A stretch of 32,000 nucleotides of DNA from Pseudodesulfovibrio piezophilus C1TLV30 (GCF_000341895.1 NC_020409.1:2520001-2552000), one strand, 5' to 3'. Shown: positions 17,017-26,581, numbered from the stretch's first letter. Program-made: numbers and translations. The notes: generated by a model from the letters alone, not told the origin.

Positions 17017-17463
17017 ATGACACGATTCAAGAGCGCCATGATCGTTTTCATCGTCCTGTCCGGGGCGATCATTACGGCCATCAAGTTCGACTACACAGCG
17101 ACCTATGTTGATGACAGGCTGCACAAGGCCCTTGCGGAGGGACGATACTCTGCGGACTGTCATTTCTCTCTTGCCTGTTTTCTCGGATTTCATGAATTCG
17201 ATACGGTTTGTGTTGTGCTGCCCGGTTCGGATCTGACTTTTGAGACGCGCTTCGGCTTTGCCTACAATCCCAAGGTGGGAGGGGAGTATGCGTGGTCATT
17301 GGTCTTTACTCGGGAAGGGGGGGTGGTTGCCGAAGTTCCCATGAAGCATGGTGATATCGGTCCGCCCAGAGATTTGCATGGCATGTGCTTCGAGCGTTGG
17401 GCGGCTTTTGTGCAGATCATTGATGGTGAGAACGGTCCGAGGATGCAGTTTGTTGATATGTAG
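17017..17463 (+). CDS. hypothetical membrane-anchored protein
   Basis: AAGGGGG SD about 8 nt upstream of ATG 17017. N-terminal TM MTRFKSAMIVFIVLSGAIITAI. No recognisable domain. The 51-aa upstream extension in the track is unlikely. Confidence 0.5.
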   Translation: MTRFKSAMIVFIVLSGAIITAIKFDYTATYVDDRLHKALAEGRYSADCHFSLACFLGFHEFDTVCVVLPGSDLTFETRFGFAYNPKVGGEYAWSLVFTREGGVVAEVPMKHGDIGPPRDLHGMCFERWAAFVQIIDGENGPRMQFVDM

Positions 17464-17475
17464 GGACGACGGCCG

Positions 17476-18633
17476 TTACGAGGCCAGAGTTTTGTAAAGC
17501 CTGAGGTAGTCTGTGACCATTCTCTGTGTGGTGAATCGTTTGCGTCCAGATGAAAAGGCAGTCTGTCCATAGTCGCGACACAGGGATGAGCGGGTCAGGG
17601 TTTCAACTGTGGCATCGATGAAGAGGGCCTCATTTTCAGGTGTGATGAGCCGTCCTGTCTGCCGATCCGTGACCTGTTCTGGGACGCCGCCCACCGCGTA
17701 AGCTATTACGGGCAGGGCGCGGGACATTGCTTCGAGAATGACCAGAGAGTGGTTGTCAGCCTGCGTCGGGTAGAGCAGAAGGTCTGCCGCTTCCATCAGA
17801 CAATTCAGCCTGTCTCGTCCGACATACGGCCAGATGACGAGATCGCCATCCCGTTCCGCAGTTTCCCCGCCAACGGCAAAGCAGAGAGCTTCGGGCATTC
17901 GGGCTTTGATTCTACTCCACAGCGATTTCCATACCTTGCCGGATTTGTAAGCCGCAGAGGTGCCTCCGTGTGCTACGAACAGAATGACTCGGGCTGTCGG
18001 GTTGATGCCGAGTTGCCGACGGGCTGTGGATTTGCGCGGTGGCAGTTCGGGCCAGGGAATGCCGTTGGGAATGACTTTGACTGCATGGGACAGATGCTTT
18101 TTTGCTAATCTGGCAAGCCACTGAGAAGGAGAGACAAGAATCGGTTTATGGTTATCGATCAGTTTTCGTTTAGCTTCTCTGAGTTCCTCTGATTGCGGGA
18201 AATTCCTGGGGCAGGGGTTGGCACATTTCTTCTCAATAACTTGGCAGTCCAGTGGATAGGGACATCCTCCGGTAAAAAGCTCACAGTCGTGGAGAGTGAT
18301 GAGTGTTTTTTGCCTGGGGGGGATGGAGCTGAGGAGCGCGGGCCAGTTCCCGGTGCAGTGCAGGTGCGCGATGGCGTTGGTCGGAAGATACCGTCCAAAA
18401 TCCTCGGGCAGAATAGCGGCTGCTTCCGGCCCTTCTCCCAGTTCAAAGCTGAAGTTGGTTTGAACCAAGCGAGTTTCTAATGCTTCAATGAGCAGGCGGG
18501 CAACACGAGTAGCCCCGCCGGAAGTCTCCAGGCCGGTATGGTGATAGATGGCGTGTATCCCCTTGTGCCCTGTGCTTTGGGAACTTTCGGTTGAGCGGGT
18601 GGAGATGTGATGCGGAATCGGCGTTTCCGGCAT
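17476..18633 (-). CDS. GT-B fold glycosyltransferase (GT4/GT1-like)
   Basis: N-terminal GLETSGGATRVARLL and C-terminal LLLYPTQADNHSLVILEAMSRALPVIAYAVGGVPEQV (E-x7-E type motif). The start lies 3 nt after the pat stop, so it is probably co-transcribed. Confidence 0.8.
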   Translation of the reverse strand: MPETPIPHHISTRSTESSQSTGHKGIHAIYHHTGLETSGGATRVARLLIEALETRLVQTNFSFELGEGPEAAAILPEDFGRYLPTNAIAHLHCTGNWPALLSSIPPRQKTLITLHDCELFTGGCPYPLDCQVIEKKCANPCPRNFPQSEELREAKRKLIDNHKPILVSPSQWLARLAKKHLSHAVKVIPNGIPWPELPPRKSTARRQLGINPTARVILFVAHGGTSAAYKSGKVWKSLWSRIKARMPEALCFAVGGETAERDGDLVIWPYVGRDRLNCLMEAADLLLYPTQADNHSLVILEAMSRALPVIAYAVGGVPEQVTDRQTGRLITPENEALFIDATVETLTRSSLCRDYGQTAFSSGRKRFTTQRMVTDYLRLYKTLAS

Positions 18634-18636
18634 GAT

Positions 18637-21342
18637 TCAGGAATTACCTTTCTTCAGGTCAAGGACCATGTTCACGAGATCTTCATCATGCTGGTCCGGA
18701 GTAATTACAAAGCCGAATTTTTTGGATAATCCCTGCATGGCCTTGTTCTCTATCATGGTCTGGCCGATCAGTTCGCTTGTTCCTCTCTGGCGAGTGTAGC
18801 ATATCCCCTTGTTGAAAAGGATCGAACCTAGCCCGCTGCCCTGCTGGTCAGAGCGAACGACTATGGCGAATTCTGCTTCGGTATTGTCCGGTTTGGTGTT
18901 GGTCCGCATGACGCCAAGGGTTTCCGGCATTCCTCTCTCATCGTGGGCCGTCGCGATAAAGGCCATCTCCCTGTCATAATCAATTTGGGTAAAGCGGGCG
19001 ATGTCCTTGTGATCGAAATTTCGTTGGACCACGCCGAAAAAGCGAAGACGCAGGTCGTCGTCCGACAGATTCGCCAGAAAGGCGCGGTGCGTCTCTTCAT
19101 CCTCGGGGCGAATTGGGCGGAGTGTCACGGTCCGGCCTGTCTTAAGGGTCACGGTCTCTTCCAGTTCCCGTGGGTAGGGGCGGATGGCAAGCCGTTTTTC
19201 TCCCTCGTCCAAGTATGGGGCAACCCGAATTTTTCCGCCCAGGGCGAGGACTCCCTCGCTGTCCGCATAGAGAGGATTGATATCAATGGATATGATTTGG
19301 GGGACGTCGATGAGCAGCTGCGAGATCTGGATAATGGTCAGGCAGATATCATCGATATCCGTGGGTAACTGCGGTGGTGATCCCTTGAGCAGAGATGCTA
19401 TGCGCGTACGTCCGACCAGTTCTCTGGCGAGGCTCATGGACAAAGGAGGGAGAGTCAGGGCGGTATCCTGAATCATTTCCCGCGCCATGCCGCCATGGCC
19501 GAACGCGAGAACCGGGCCGAAGACCGGGTCCACGGAGGCGGAAATAAATAATTCGTGAGCACCGGGGCGGCGGCCCATCTTCTGGACCGTGAATCCTTCT
19601 ATATAGGCATCAGGGCGCTCCCGAGTGCACCGGGCGAGGATGGAGGCAGCTCCCTCCCAGACACGCTCGGGCGTTTCCAGGTCGAGCAATACGCCGCCCA
19701 CATCATAGGCCTGGGGGATTTGCGGGCTTCGCAGTTTCAGGGCCACGGGATACCCCAGTTCGTCAGCGGCGATCACCGCATCCTTGGCAGAAACGGCAAT
19801 GCGGGTATCCACCACCGGGACCCCATACGCGGCCAGTATGTCCTTGACCTCCGGCTCATTGAGTTTTTCCCGGTCCTGCTGCAAAGCCTGTGCAACCGTG
19901 GCCCGTGCGGTTTCTGTATCAGGAAAAAAATCTGAGGGCAGCGAGTCCGGTGTCTCGATGAGCATTTCCTGGTTGCGCAGGTATTCTGCCATATAGAGGA
20001 ATGCCCGGACCGCATGGGTTGGTGTGTCGTAGGTCGGCACGGCAGCCTTGCGGAAGACTTCGCGGGATTCTTCGGCTGCCCCGCTTCCAAGCCATGCCGT
20101 CAGGACCATGCGTTTGACGCGTTTCAGGGAGTCGCGCAAGGCTCTGGCTACTTCCATGTCGGGTTGGGCGGTCCAGGGGACATGCATGACGAGGATTCCA
20201 TTCGAATTCTTGTCCTTGATCAGCAGCTTCAGGACGGCTGAATACATTGTGCCGTCGGCGTCAAAGGGAATATCCACGGGATTGGCTCTGGACCAGTTCT
20301 TTTCACCCAGAACCTCGTCAATGGCCGCGATGGTCTCTTCTCCCAGTTCAGCCAGTTCTCCACCTCCATCAAGTAATCTGTCTGCTGCCATGATCCCGGC
20401 GCTGGTGCCATTTGTGAGAATGGCCAGTTTATTGCCATAGACATGCTTGGGCGTTCCAAGGGTTTGGGCCGCATCGAAAAGACCGTCGATATTCTCCACT
20501 CGCAACATACCCGCCCGCCGGAAAGCCACATCGTAGACCGCATCAACCAACCGGTGATCACCGGTTTCCCGGAGTTTGAGATCCCCCAGAACCGTATCCA
20601 GCGCTTTGCCGGGGCGGATGACCAGGACTGGTTTGTTTCGCGAAGCGGCGCGGGCAGCAGACATGAATTCACGGGCATCCTTGATGGATTCGACATAGAG
20701 CATAATGGATCGCGTGAATGGATCGGAGCCGAGGTAGTCGAGGATATCTGCGAAAGAGACGTCAATACGGCTTCCCAGGGCGATCATGTGGGAAAACCCG
20801 ACTCCTTTGGCTTTGGCCCAGTCCAGAACTGTGGCGAAAAGGGAGTCTGACTGGGAAATGAAAGCGACTTTTCCCGGCGCAGCGTCCGAGTGAGCCAGGG
20901 AGGCGTTGAGGTGCAGGGATGGAATCATGAAGCCCAGCGATTTCGGCCCGATGAGTCGGATTTCCGGAGGCTTGGCAATGCCGAGAATGGTTGATTTGAT
21001 ATCCAGTCGTTCCTCGTGTGTCATGGAGGCGAAGCCTGATCCCATGAGAACTGCGCCCCGTGTGCCCCGTTCCTTGAGAGAGTGTATTATTTCGGGGACT
21101 TCATCCAGCGGTGAACAGACAATGGCCAGGTCAGGTGTTTTGGGCAGATGTTTGACTGAAGTATGTGTCAGGACTCCGGCGATGGCTTCGGCGGTGTTGG
21201 AAACGGGCATGACCGGCCCCATGAAGCCGCCCGCCATGATATTACGCATGACAATATTGCCTGCATTGCGGGGGTCGTTGGTAGCACCGATGACTGCGAC
21301 GGATTTTGGCTTGAACAAATATTCGAGATTGGTGACGCTCAT
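18637..21342 (-). CDS. pat: Pat/YfiQ-type protein lysine acetyltransferase (ADP-forming acetyl-CoA synthetase-like domains fused to C-terminal GNAT)
   Basis: 901 aa from ATG 21342 (GAGG SD). CoA-binding start LFKPKSVAVIGATNDPRNAG, succinyl-CoA-ligase-like and ATP-grasp regions, and a C-terminal GNAT with QQGSGLGSILF (Q-x-x-G-x-G). Confidence 0.85.
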   Translation of the reverse strand: MSVTNLEYLFKPKSVAVIGATNDPRNAGNIVMRNIMAGGFMGPVMPVSNTAEAIAGVLTHTSVKHLPKTPDLAIVCSPLDEVPEIIHSLKERGTRGAVLMGSGFASMTHEERLDIKSTILGIAKPPEIRLIGPKSLGFMIPSLHLNASLAHSDAAPGKVAFISQSDSLFATVLDWAKAKGVGFSHMIALGSRIDVSFADILDYLGSDPFTRSIMLYVESIKDAREFMSAARAASRNKPVLVIRPGKALDTVLGDLKLRETGDHRLVDAVYDVAFRRAGMLRVENIDGLFDAAQTLGTPKHVYGNKLAILTNGTSAGIMAADRLLDGGGELAELGEETIAAIDEVLGEKNWSRANPVDIPFDADGTMYSAVLKLLIKDKNSNGILVMHVPWTAQPDMEVARALRDSLKRVKRMVLTAWLGSGAAEESREVFRKAAVPTYDTPTHAVRAFLYMAEYLRNQEMLIETPDSLPSDFFPDTETARATVAQALQQDREKLNEPEVKDILAAYGVPVVDTRIAVSAKDAVIAADELGYPVALKLRSPQIPQAYDVGGVLLDLETPERVWEGAASILARCTRERPDAYIEGFTVQKMGRRPGAHELFISASVDPVFGPVLAFGHGGMAREMIQDTALTLPPLSMSLARELVGRTRIASLLKGSPPQLPTDIDDICLTIIQISQLLIDVPQIISIDINPLYADSEGVLALGGKIRVAPYLDEGEKRLAIRPYPRELEETVTLKTGRTVTLRPIRPEDEETHRAFLANLSDDDLRLRFFGVVQRNFDHKDIARFTQIDYDREMAFIATAHDERGMPETLGVMRTNTKPDNTEAEFAIVVRSDQQGSGLGSILFNKGICYTRQRGTSELIGQTMIENKAMQGLSKKFGFVITPDQHDEDLVNMVLDLKKGNS

Positions 21343-21508
21343 GCTTGCCTCGGTAATGTTGACTGCACTGGGTATTTGCCCATGATAGCTTGTTTTATCC
21401 CTGTGATGCAACTGTGGAATCAAGTCGATCCGCGAACCTGTGGTTGTGTCTCGACTTCACCTGTGCCGCCGGGGGAGCGTACTGGAAAAACAACACTATA
21501 AAGAGCTC

Positions 21509-21535
21509 TAAAGTTCCCTGTGTTTTGTTCGATAA
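21509..21535 (+). promoter_or_regulatory. sigma-28 (FliA)-type promoter upstream of the FlxA-like gene
   Basis: TAAA-N15-TTCGATAA versus consensus TAAA-N15-GCCGATAA, about 47 nt upstream of ATG 21582. Confidence 0.5.
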
Positions 21536-21581
21536 GAATGGAAAGTGTGATGTAACATGACCCCTAATGAGGAGGCATCCC

Positions 21582-22064
21582 ATGGTTTTTGAATCAAGCT
21601 TGAGTCAAACGGCGACGCAGTTTTCAGATTCTCTGAGTGTCAAACCCGTTGCCACGGTGGAACAGACGACTGAAGAGATCAGTCAGGAAGCCAAAACCCC
21701 GGAACAGGAACAAAGTGGCGACACGGTTTCCATTTCCGAGGAAGCGCGCGCTTTGGTTGCGGCGGAAAAGTCCGGTGGAACCGAGGAAACCGAAAGCGAA
21801 TCCGATGAAGAGACAGAGCAGGAACAGCTCGTCGATCGATTGGAGAAGCAGATTGAAGCACTGGAGCAGGAGCTGGAAGAGATCGATGACAGTGACCTGC
21901 CAGAAAAGCAGAAGCTTCAGCAGAAACAGGCCAAGGAAGCCCAGTTGATGGAATTGCGTGATCAACTCCTCCAGGCCCAGCAGGAAGTGTTGGAATCCGA
22001 AGGCCTGACATCAGGAGGCGGGACAAGCGCCACCGGATTCGGTAATTCCGCCAGCTCATTCTAG
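21582..22064 (+). CDS. acidic coiled-coil protein, FlxA-like
   Basis: AGGAGG SD 6 nt upstream of ATG 21582. E/Q-rich repeat region QIEALEQELEEIDDSDLPEKQKLQQKQAKEAQLMELRDQLLQAQQE resembles the FlxA-like family pattern (ending ...eekqkkqqllqaQI...). Confidence 0.6.
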   Translation: MVFESSLSQTATQFSDSLSVKPVATVEQTTEEISQEAKTPEQEQSGDTVSISEEARALVAAEKSGGTEETESESDEETEQEQLVDRLEKQIEALEQELEEIDDSDLPEKQKLQQKQAKEAQLMELRDQLLQAQQEVLESEGLTSGGGTSATGFGNSASSF

Positions 22065-22159
22065 GTCGCCATTCTCCTGATTCGCCTTTGATACGGCAAG
22101 GCGTCATCTTCCATGTTCCGGCCCGGCCGGTCAAATTTCGTTTGAGCCGTTGCGACCAG

Positions 22160-22208
22160 AAGATCAAGCTCATGTATACGGGATGTACACTGTGGGCTTG
22201 ATCTTTTT
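22160..22208 (+). terminator. rho-independent terminator after the FlxA-like gene
   Basis: AAGATCAAGC...GCTTGATCTT 10-bp stem (large internally structured loop) followed by TTTTCTC. Confidence 0.55.
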
Positions 22209-22233
22209 CTCATGTCTTTTTTCCTTTCTGCTC

Positions 22234-22250
22234 TGGGCACGGGGGATGCT
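22234..22250 (+). promoter_or_regulatory. candidate sigma-54 promoter in the acs upstream region
   Basis: TGGGCAC-GGGGG-ATGCT has GG-N10-GC spacing and is close to TGGCAC-N5-TTGC. It lies 282 nt upstream of the acs ATG. Confidence 0.35.
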
Positions 22251-22306
22251 CTTGCTTCCTCAATAAGATGAAATTCACTGCTGACTTCTTTCCTTTTTTA
22301 TTTTGT

Positions 22307-22324
22307 TGGGCACTCCAGGGGCAT
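22307..22324 (+). promoter_or_regulatory. second, weaker sigma-54-like element
   Basis: TTGGGCAC-TCCAG-GGGCAT has correct GG-N10-GC spacing but a poor -12 (GGGC). It lies 73 nt downstream of the first. Confidence 0.2.
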
Positions 22325-22531
22325 TGTATGGCTTCTTTTCTCGGGCCAACCGTTCACCGGGTGATTTCTGACCGTTCACCTGAAAAAGATCTCGTCAATT
22401 CATTCTTTCCGCTAACAGAAATGACAGAGACAAGCCTCAAGGTCTGTGCCGAGCGGTCATGAGAGGGGGAGGAATATCCTCTTTGGGTTCCCTCGGCATG
22501 AGAAGGTGTTTAACGAAGTCAGGAGAAGACG

Positions 22532-24514
22532 ATGAGCGAAGAGAAGAAAATCGAGAGTTTGCAGAAAGACGGGCAGATATTCATGCCGGATGTCGAGAAG
22601 CGTGAAGAGGCATGGGTCGGGGGCATGGATGAATACGAGGTTCTTCACAAACGCGCCCTTGAAGACCCGGAAGGGTACTGGGGGGAGCGGGCCACGGAAC
22701 TGCTGACATGGTTTTCCGATTTTGATTCCGTCTTGGAAGCGGACTATGAAACTCCCGAATTCAAATGGTTCTCCGGTGGCAGGACCAATGTCTCTTACAA
22801 TTGCCTGGATCGACATCTTGTTGATGGGCGTCGTAACAAGGCCGCGCTTATCTGGCAGGGTGAACCCGAAGAAGATGTGCGGGTCTACACCTATCAGATG
22901 CTTCATACCGAGGTGTGTCGTTTTGCCAATGTGCTCAAGAAAAAAGGAGTCAAGCGGGGAGATCGGGTTGCTCTTTATATGCCCATGATTCCTGAATTGA
23001 CCATAGCAATGCTTGCCTGTACTCGCCTTGGAGCTGTGCATTCCATAGTTTTTGCCGGATTTTCTTCCATCGCTTTGCAGTCCCGTATAGATGACAGCGC
23101 CGCTCGCGTGTTGGTGACGTCTGATGCTGTTTTGCGTGCCGGAAAAACCATTGCGCTCAAGCCGAATGCCGATGAAGCGCTTAAGGATTGTCCCAGCGTT
23201 GAGCAATGCATCGTGGTACAGCGTGGCACCAATGATGTCTCCATGGTCGAGGGCCGCGATTCCTGGTGGCATGATGAAATCAATGCCGAGGATATCACTT
23301 CTGAATGTCCCTACGAGGAAATGGATGCCGAAGATCCATTATTCATTCTCTATACTTCCGGATCCACCGGGAAACCCAAGGGTGTGCTGCACACCACTGG
23401 CGGGTATCTGACATACGCCGCTCATACCACCCAGCATGTCTTCGACGTCAAGGATGATGATGTCTACTGGTGTACAGCCGATATCGGATGGATCACCGGG
23501 CATTCCTATATTGTCTATGGTCCCCTTGCTCTCGGGGCGACTTCCGTGATGTTCGAGGGAGTACCGAGCTATCCCAATCCTGATCGTTTCTGGCAGATTG
23601 TGGATAAGTTCAAAGTCAATATCTTCTATACCGCGCCGACTGTTATCCGTGCGCTCATGCGGGAGGGCGAGGAGTGGACCAGGAAGTACGACCTCGGTTC
23701 CCTGCGGGTGCTTGGTTCTGTGGGGGAGCCAATCAACCCGGAAGCGTGGCTCTGGTATCATAAGAATATCGGCGGAGGAAAACTGCCCATTGTCGATACC
23801 TGGTGGCAGACCGAGACCGGTGGTATCATGATTTCGGCATTGCCCTATGCCACGCCTCTCAAGCCGGGGTCGGCCACGCGTGCCCTGCCTGGAATATCGG
23901 CCAAGATCGTTCGTCGGGACGGTTCTCCGGCTGGGCCTAATGAAGGGGGGCATCTGATTATCGATAAGCCGTGGCCCGGTATGCTGCGCACTGTCTGGGG
24001 CGATCCAGAACGGTATAAGTCAACATATTTTTCTGGATTTTCAGGAGCATACGAGGCAGGAGACGGCGCTCGCTGTGATGAGGACGGCTACTTCTGGATC
24101 ATGGGACGTCTTGATGATGTCATTAATGTTTCAGGGCACCGCATGGGGACGGCCGAGATCGAATCTGCTCTTGTCGCTCATGCGGATGTTACCGAAGCCG
24201 CTGTTGTGGGCATGCCTCATGAGGTCAAGGGTGAAACCATTTATGCCTATGTGACTTTGCGTTCCGGCATGGAGCCTGATGATGATCTGCTCAAGGATCT
24301 CAAGGCCTGGGTGCGCAAGGAAATCGGTCCTATCGCCACCCCTGAGTTCATCCAATTCGCGGACGGTCTGCCGAAGACACGGTCAGGAAAAATCATGCGC
24401 CGCGTGTTGCGAAAAATCGTGGAAGGTTCGGACCAGTTCGGTGACACTTCAACGTTGGCAGATCCCGGTGTTGTCACAGACCTTATTGAAGGCAACAGAG
24501 ATTTGATAGGATAG
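22532..24514 (+). CDS. acs: acetyl-CoA synthetase (AMP-forming)
   Basis: 660 aa, AGGAGA SD. AMP-binding motif [20 protein letters not shown], and C-terminal [11 protein letters not shown] containing the conserved regulatory lysine. Confidence 0.95.
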   Translation: MSEEKKIESLQKDGQIFMPDVEKREEAWVGGMDEYEVLHKRALEDPEGYWGERATELLTWFSDFDSVLEADYETPEFKWFSGGRTNVSYNCLDRHLVDGRRNKAALIWQGEPEEDVRVYTYQMLHTEVCRFANVLKKKGVKRGDRVALYMPMIPELTIAMLACTRLGAVHSIVFAGFSSIALQSRIDDSAARVLVTSDAVLRAGKTIALKPNADEALKDCPSVEQCIVVQRGTNDVSMVEGRDSWWHDEINAEDITSECPYEEMDAEDPLFILYTSGSTGKPKGVLHTTGGYLTYAAHTTQHVFDVKDDDVYWCTADIGWITGHSYIVYGPLALGATSVMFEGVPSYPNPDRFWQIVDKFKVNIFYTAPTVIRALMREGEEWTRKYDLGSLRVLGSVGEPINPEAWLWYHKNIGGGKLPIVDTWWQTETGGIMISALPYATPLKPGSATRALPGISAKIVRRDGSPAGPNEGGHLIIDKPWPGMLRTVWGDPERYKSTYFSGFSGAYEAGDGARCDEDGYFWIMGRLDDVINVSGHRMGTAEIESALVAHADVTEAAVVGMPHEVKGETIYAYVTLRSGMEPDDDLLKDLKAWVRKEIGPIATPEFIQFADGLPKTRSGKIMRRVLRKIVEGSDQFGDTSTLADPGVVTDLIEGNRDLIG

Positions 24515-24593
24515 TTTCCCCGCTATGAACAGATCGGGATTCAAGGGGGTTCCGGTCAGGCATGGGTAGACCATGTGTCTCTCGACAATTCAG

Positions 24594-24633
24594 GGCCATT
24601 CTGAAAACATGTGTTTTCGGAATGGCCTTTATT
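24594..24633 (+). terminator. strong rho-independent terminator of acs
   Basis: GGCCATTCTGAAAAC-ATGT-GTTTTCGGAATGGCC forms a 15-bp stem (one G-U) followed by TTTATTG. Confidence 0.8.
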
Positions 24634-24725
24634 GTCCGTCTGGAATGAGTGCCGTTCGCATCAGAGTTTTTCTCTTCAGGGGGGCAGTCTCTGGTGGCAA
24701 CGGGATCAGAGACTTTTTTGGAGGA

Positions 24726-25181
24726 ATGATGAGACAAACGATTCCCAATCCGTTTGAGGATGGAGAGTGCTTTTTTTGCGGTCCATCCAACGAAGATGGT
24801 CTGAAGCTGGAGTTCTTTTATGATGCTGAGCGCGAGGAAGTCTCGTGCGACTATGTCCCGGAACGTCGGTTTCAAGGGCAGGGAACTGTTTTCCATGGTG
24901 GAATGCAGATGGGACTGCTTGATGAAGCCATGTGGTGGGCCGGGTATGCGGTCACTGGAATCATGCAGGCTGTCACCGTGGGGGCGAAGTTCCGTTTTCT
25001 GCGGCCAGTCTTCATCGGAAAGCCGGTGCGAATTTTCTGCAAGGTCAAAAAGTTTGAAGGAAATTCCATCAAACTTGCAGGATGGATAGAAAATGCTGAA
25101 GGCAGGAAATGTACTGCTGTACGGGGAGAGTTTCGGGTCATAGGGGATGACCGGTATGCACAGGTCGTCAGAGGGGAATGA
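24726..25181 (+). CDS. PaaI-family hotdog-fold thioesterase
   Basis: 151 aa from ATG 24726/24729 (GGAGG just upstream). The pattern FHGGMQMGLLDEAMWWA...AVTVGAKFRFLRPV is typical of PaaI/YdiI-type thioesterases. An N-terminal CFFCG may be a small zinc-ribbon-like element. Confidence 0.7.
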   Translation: MMRQTIPNPFEDGECFFCGPSNEDGLKLEFFYDAEREEVSCDYVPERRFQGQGTVFHGGMQMGLLDEAMWWAGYAVTGIMQAVTVGAKFRFLRPVFIGKPVRIFCKVKKFEGNSIKLAGWIENAEGRKCTAVRGEFRVIGDDRYAQVVRGE

Positions 25182-25192
25182 CTCCCTGTTTT

Positions 25193-26581
25193 TCATACAC
25201 GACGGGAACTTTCTGACTTTTCTTCGCAGACGCCTCTCACAAAGAATCGGCATGTCCTGTCCTGCCACCAGACAAAGCCCAGCTCTGCATCTACATACCA
25301 TGCGGCGGTGAAGGCTTTCATGTCTCCGGACCAGAGGCGGGCCTTGCGCGGGTCAAAAATCGATTGCTGACAGAAGTCTCCGGGCTCCGTGCGCCCGGTA
25401 AAGAGGGTCATCAGCTCATCAAGGGTCGGGAGACGCCAGTTGGTGCGATTGTCGAGTGCCTTTCTGTTCAGCCGGTCGATGTAGCCATGGGCGCGGTCCC
25501 AACTGAGAGGATAGCGGGATGCTTCGGTTTCCCAGACCAGTCCCGTGGAGGCGTCATGGATGGTTGGCCCTTTTCGGGAAAAAGTACCTTTGGCGTACCG
25601 TGTCGGTCTCCAGAGTTCATCAAGTCCAAAAGTAGCACAAGCGGATTTGGCCGACACTTTGAGTGGTTTTGTTCGAGGGTTCCAATCGCTCGAATGGATT
25701 GGGGGAGCGTCGAGAATTCCGGGGGCGCTGCATACTGATGCAGTCTGTTCAATCCAAAGGGACTTGAGAGTGCCGAGGGCGTCGATCATGTCCAGTGCAT
25801 CGGAGAAACGGTCGGCTGGATTGGGCGCGAGAGCGCGGGCGAAGAGGGCGTCCCAATCAGCTCCGAGGTCGGGGTGAAGTTCGTTTATGGGGCGGCGATG
25901 AATAGGGTCTTCCGTCGGGAGTTCGCCGGTGAGCATTCGGTAGAGGGTGACGCCGACGGAAAAGATATCGGAGCGGGTATCCGCTGCTTCAGGGTCGGCT
26001 TCCTGCTCCGGTGCGGTGTAATATGGAGAGCCGACGACCATGCCCTTGGGACCGCGTGTTGTTTCGCCACGCAATTTACTGAGACCGAAATCAATGAGTT
26101 TGACATGGCCTGTGCCTCCTTCCTCTTCGGCGAGCATGACGTTGAACGGTTTGACATCGCGGTGGATGATTCCTTCAAAATGCAGGCGGTCGAGGCCGGA
26201 GAGCATCTGATTGGCTATGTGAAGTGAAGCTTCGACTCCCAATCGGCGGGATGGTTTTTCAACTTCGTAGTGCTCGCCCATGATCACCCCGAGATTACCG
26301 CAGAAATATTCCATGGCGAAATGGGGGGCGGTGGTGTCTTGTCCCTCATGGACATCAAGGATGGACGCGATATTGGCGTGACTGATGGAGGCCATGGTCC
26401 GCGCTTCCTTGAGAAACATGGTGGTCAGGCGATCCATCCCGACAAGGTCTTCCAGTATATCAGCAGGCTTGAGCACCTTGAGAGCGACAATGCGTCCGGT
26501 GACGGGCATGGCGGCCTTGTAGACAGCGCCCATTCCGCCGCGTCCCAGAAGCCCCTTGATTTCATAGCGTCCGATTTTCAT
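25193..26581 (-). CDS. Ser/Thr protein kinase fused to a C-terminal DUF1566 (Lcl C-terminal / C-type-lectin-like) domain
   Basis: Hanks kinase motifs GRGGMGAVYKA, VALK, HRDVKPFNVML, DFGLSK and SPYYTAPE. The C-terminal part TGLVWE...SWDRAHGYIDRLN...NWRLPTLDELMTLF...LWSGD...AAWYVDAELGFVWW...FFVRGV matches the DUF1566 pattern. No TM segment lies between the domains. Confidence 0.85.
   Translation of the reverse strand: MKIGRYEIKGLLGRGGMGAVYKAAMPVTGRIVALKVLKPADILEDLVGMDRLTTMFLKEARTMASISHANIASILDVHEGQDTTAPHFAMEYFCGNLGVIMGEHYEVEKPSRRLGVEASLHIANQMLSGLDRLHFEGIIHRDVKPFNVMLAEEEGGTGHVKLIDFGLSKLRGETTRGPKGMVVGSPYYTAPEQEADPEAADTRSDIFSVGVTLYRMLTGELPTEDPIHRRPINELHPDLGADWDALFARALAPNPADRFSDALDMIDALGTLKSLWIEQTASVCSAPGILDAPPIHSSDWNPRTKPLKVSAKSACATFGLDELWRPTRYAKGTFSRKGPTIHDASTGLVWETEASRYPLSWDRAHGYIDRLNRKALDNRTNWRLPTLDELMTLFTGRTEPGDFCQQSIFDPRKARLWSGDMKAFTAAWYVDAELGFVWWQDRTCRFFVRGVCEEKSESSRRV

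Noticed and set aside
22268-22462. 64-aa ORF in the acs leader
   Set aside because: It has no SD and an implausible Phe/Cys/Trp-rich product, so it was treated as non-coding leader.
22457-23272. 271-aa minus ORF inside acs
   Set aside because: It is antisense to the canonical AMP-forming acetyl-CoA synthetase and has no motifs.
25196-25340. Calling a diversity-generating retroelement in this window
   Set aside because: Only the target-like domain is present. I found no reverse-transcriptase ORF and no template repeat by eye in the 32 kb, so only the architecture is reported.
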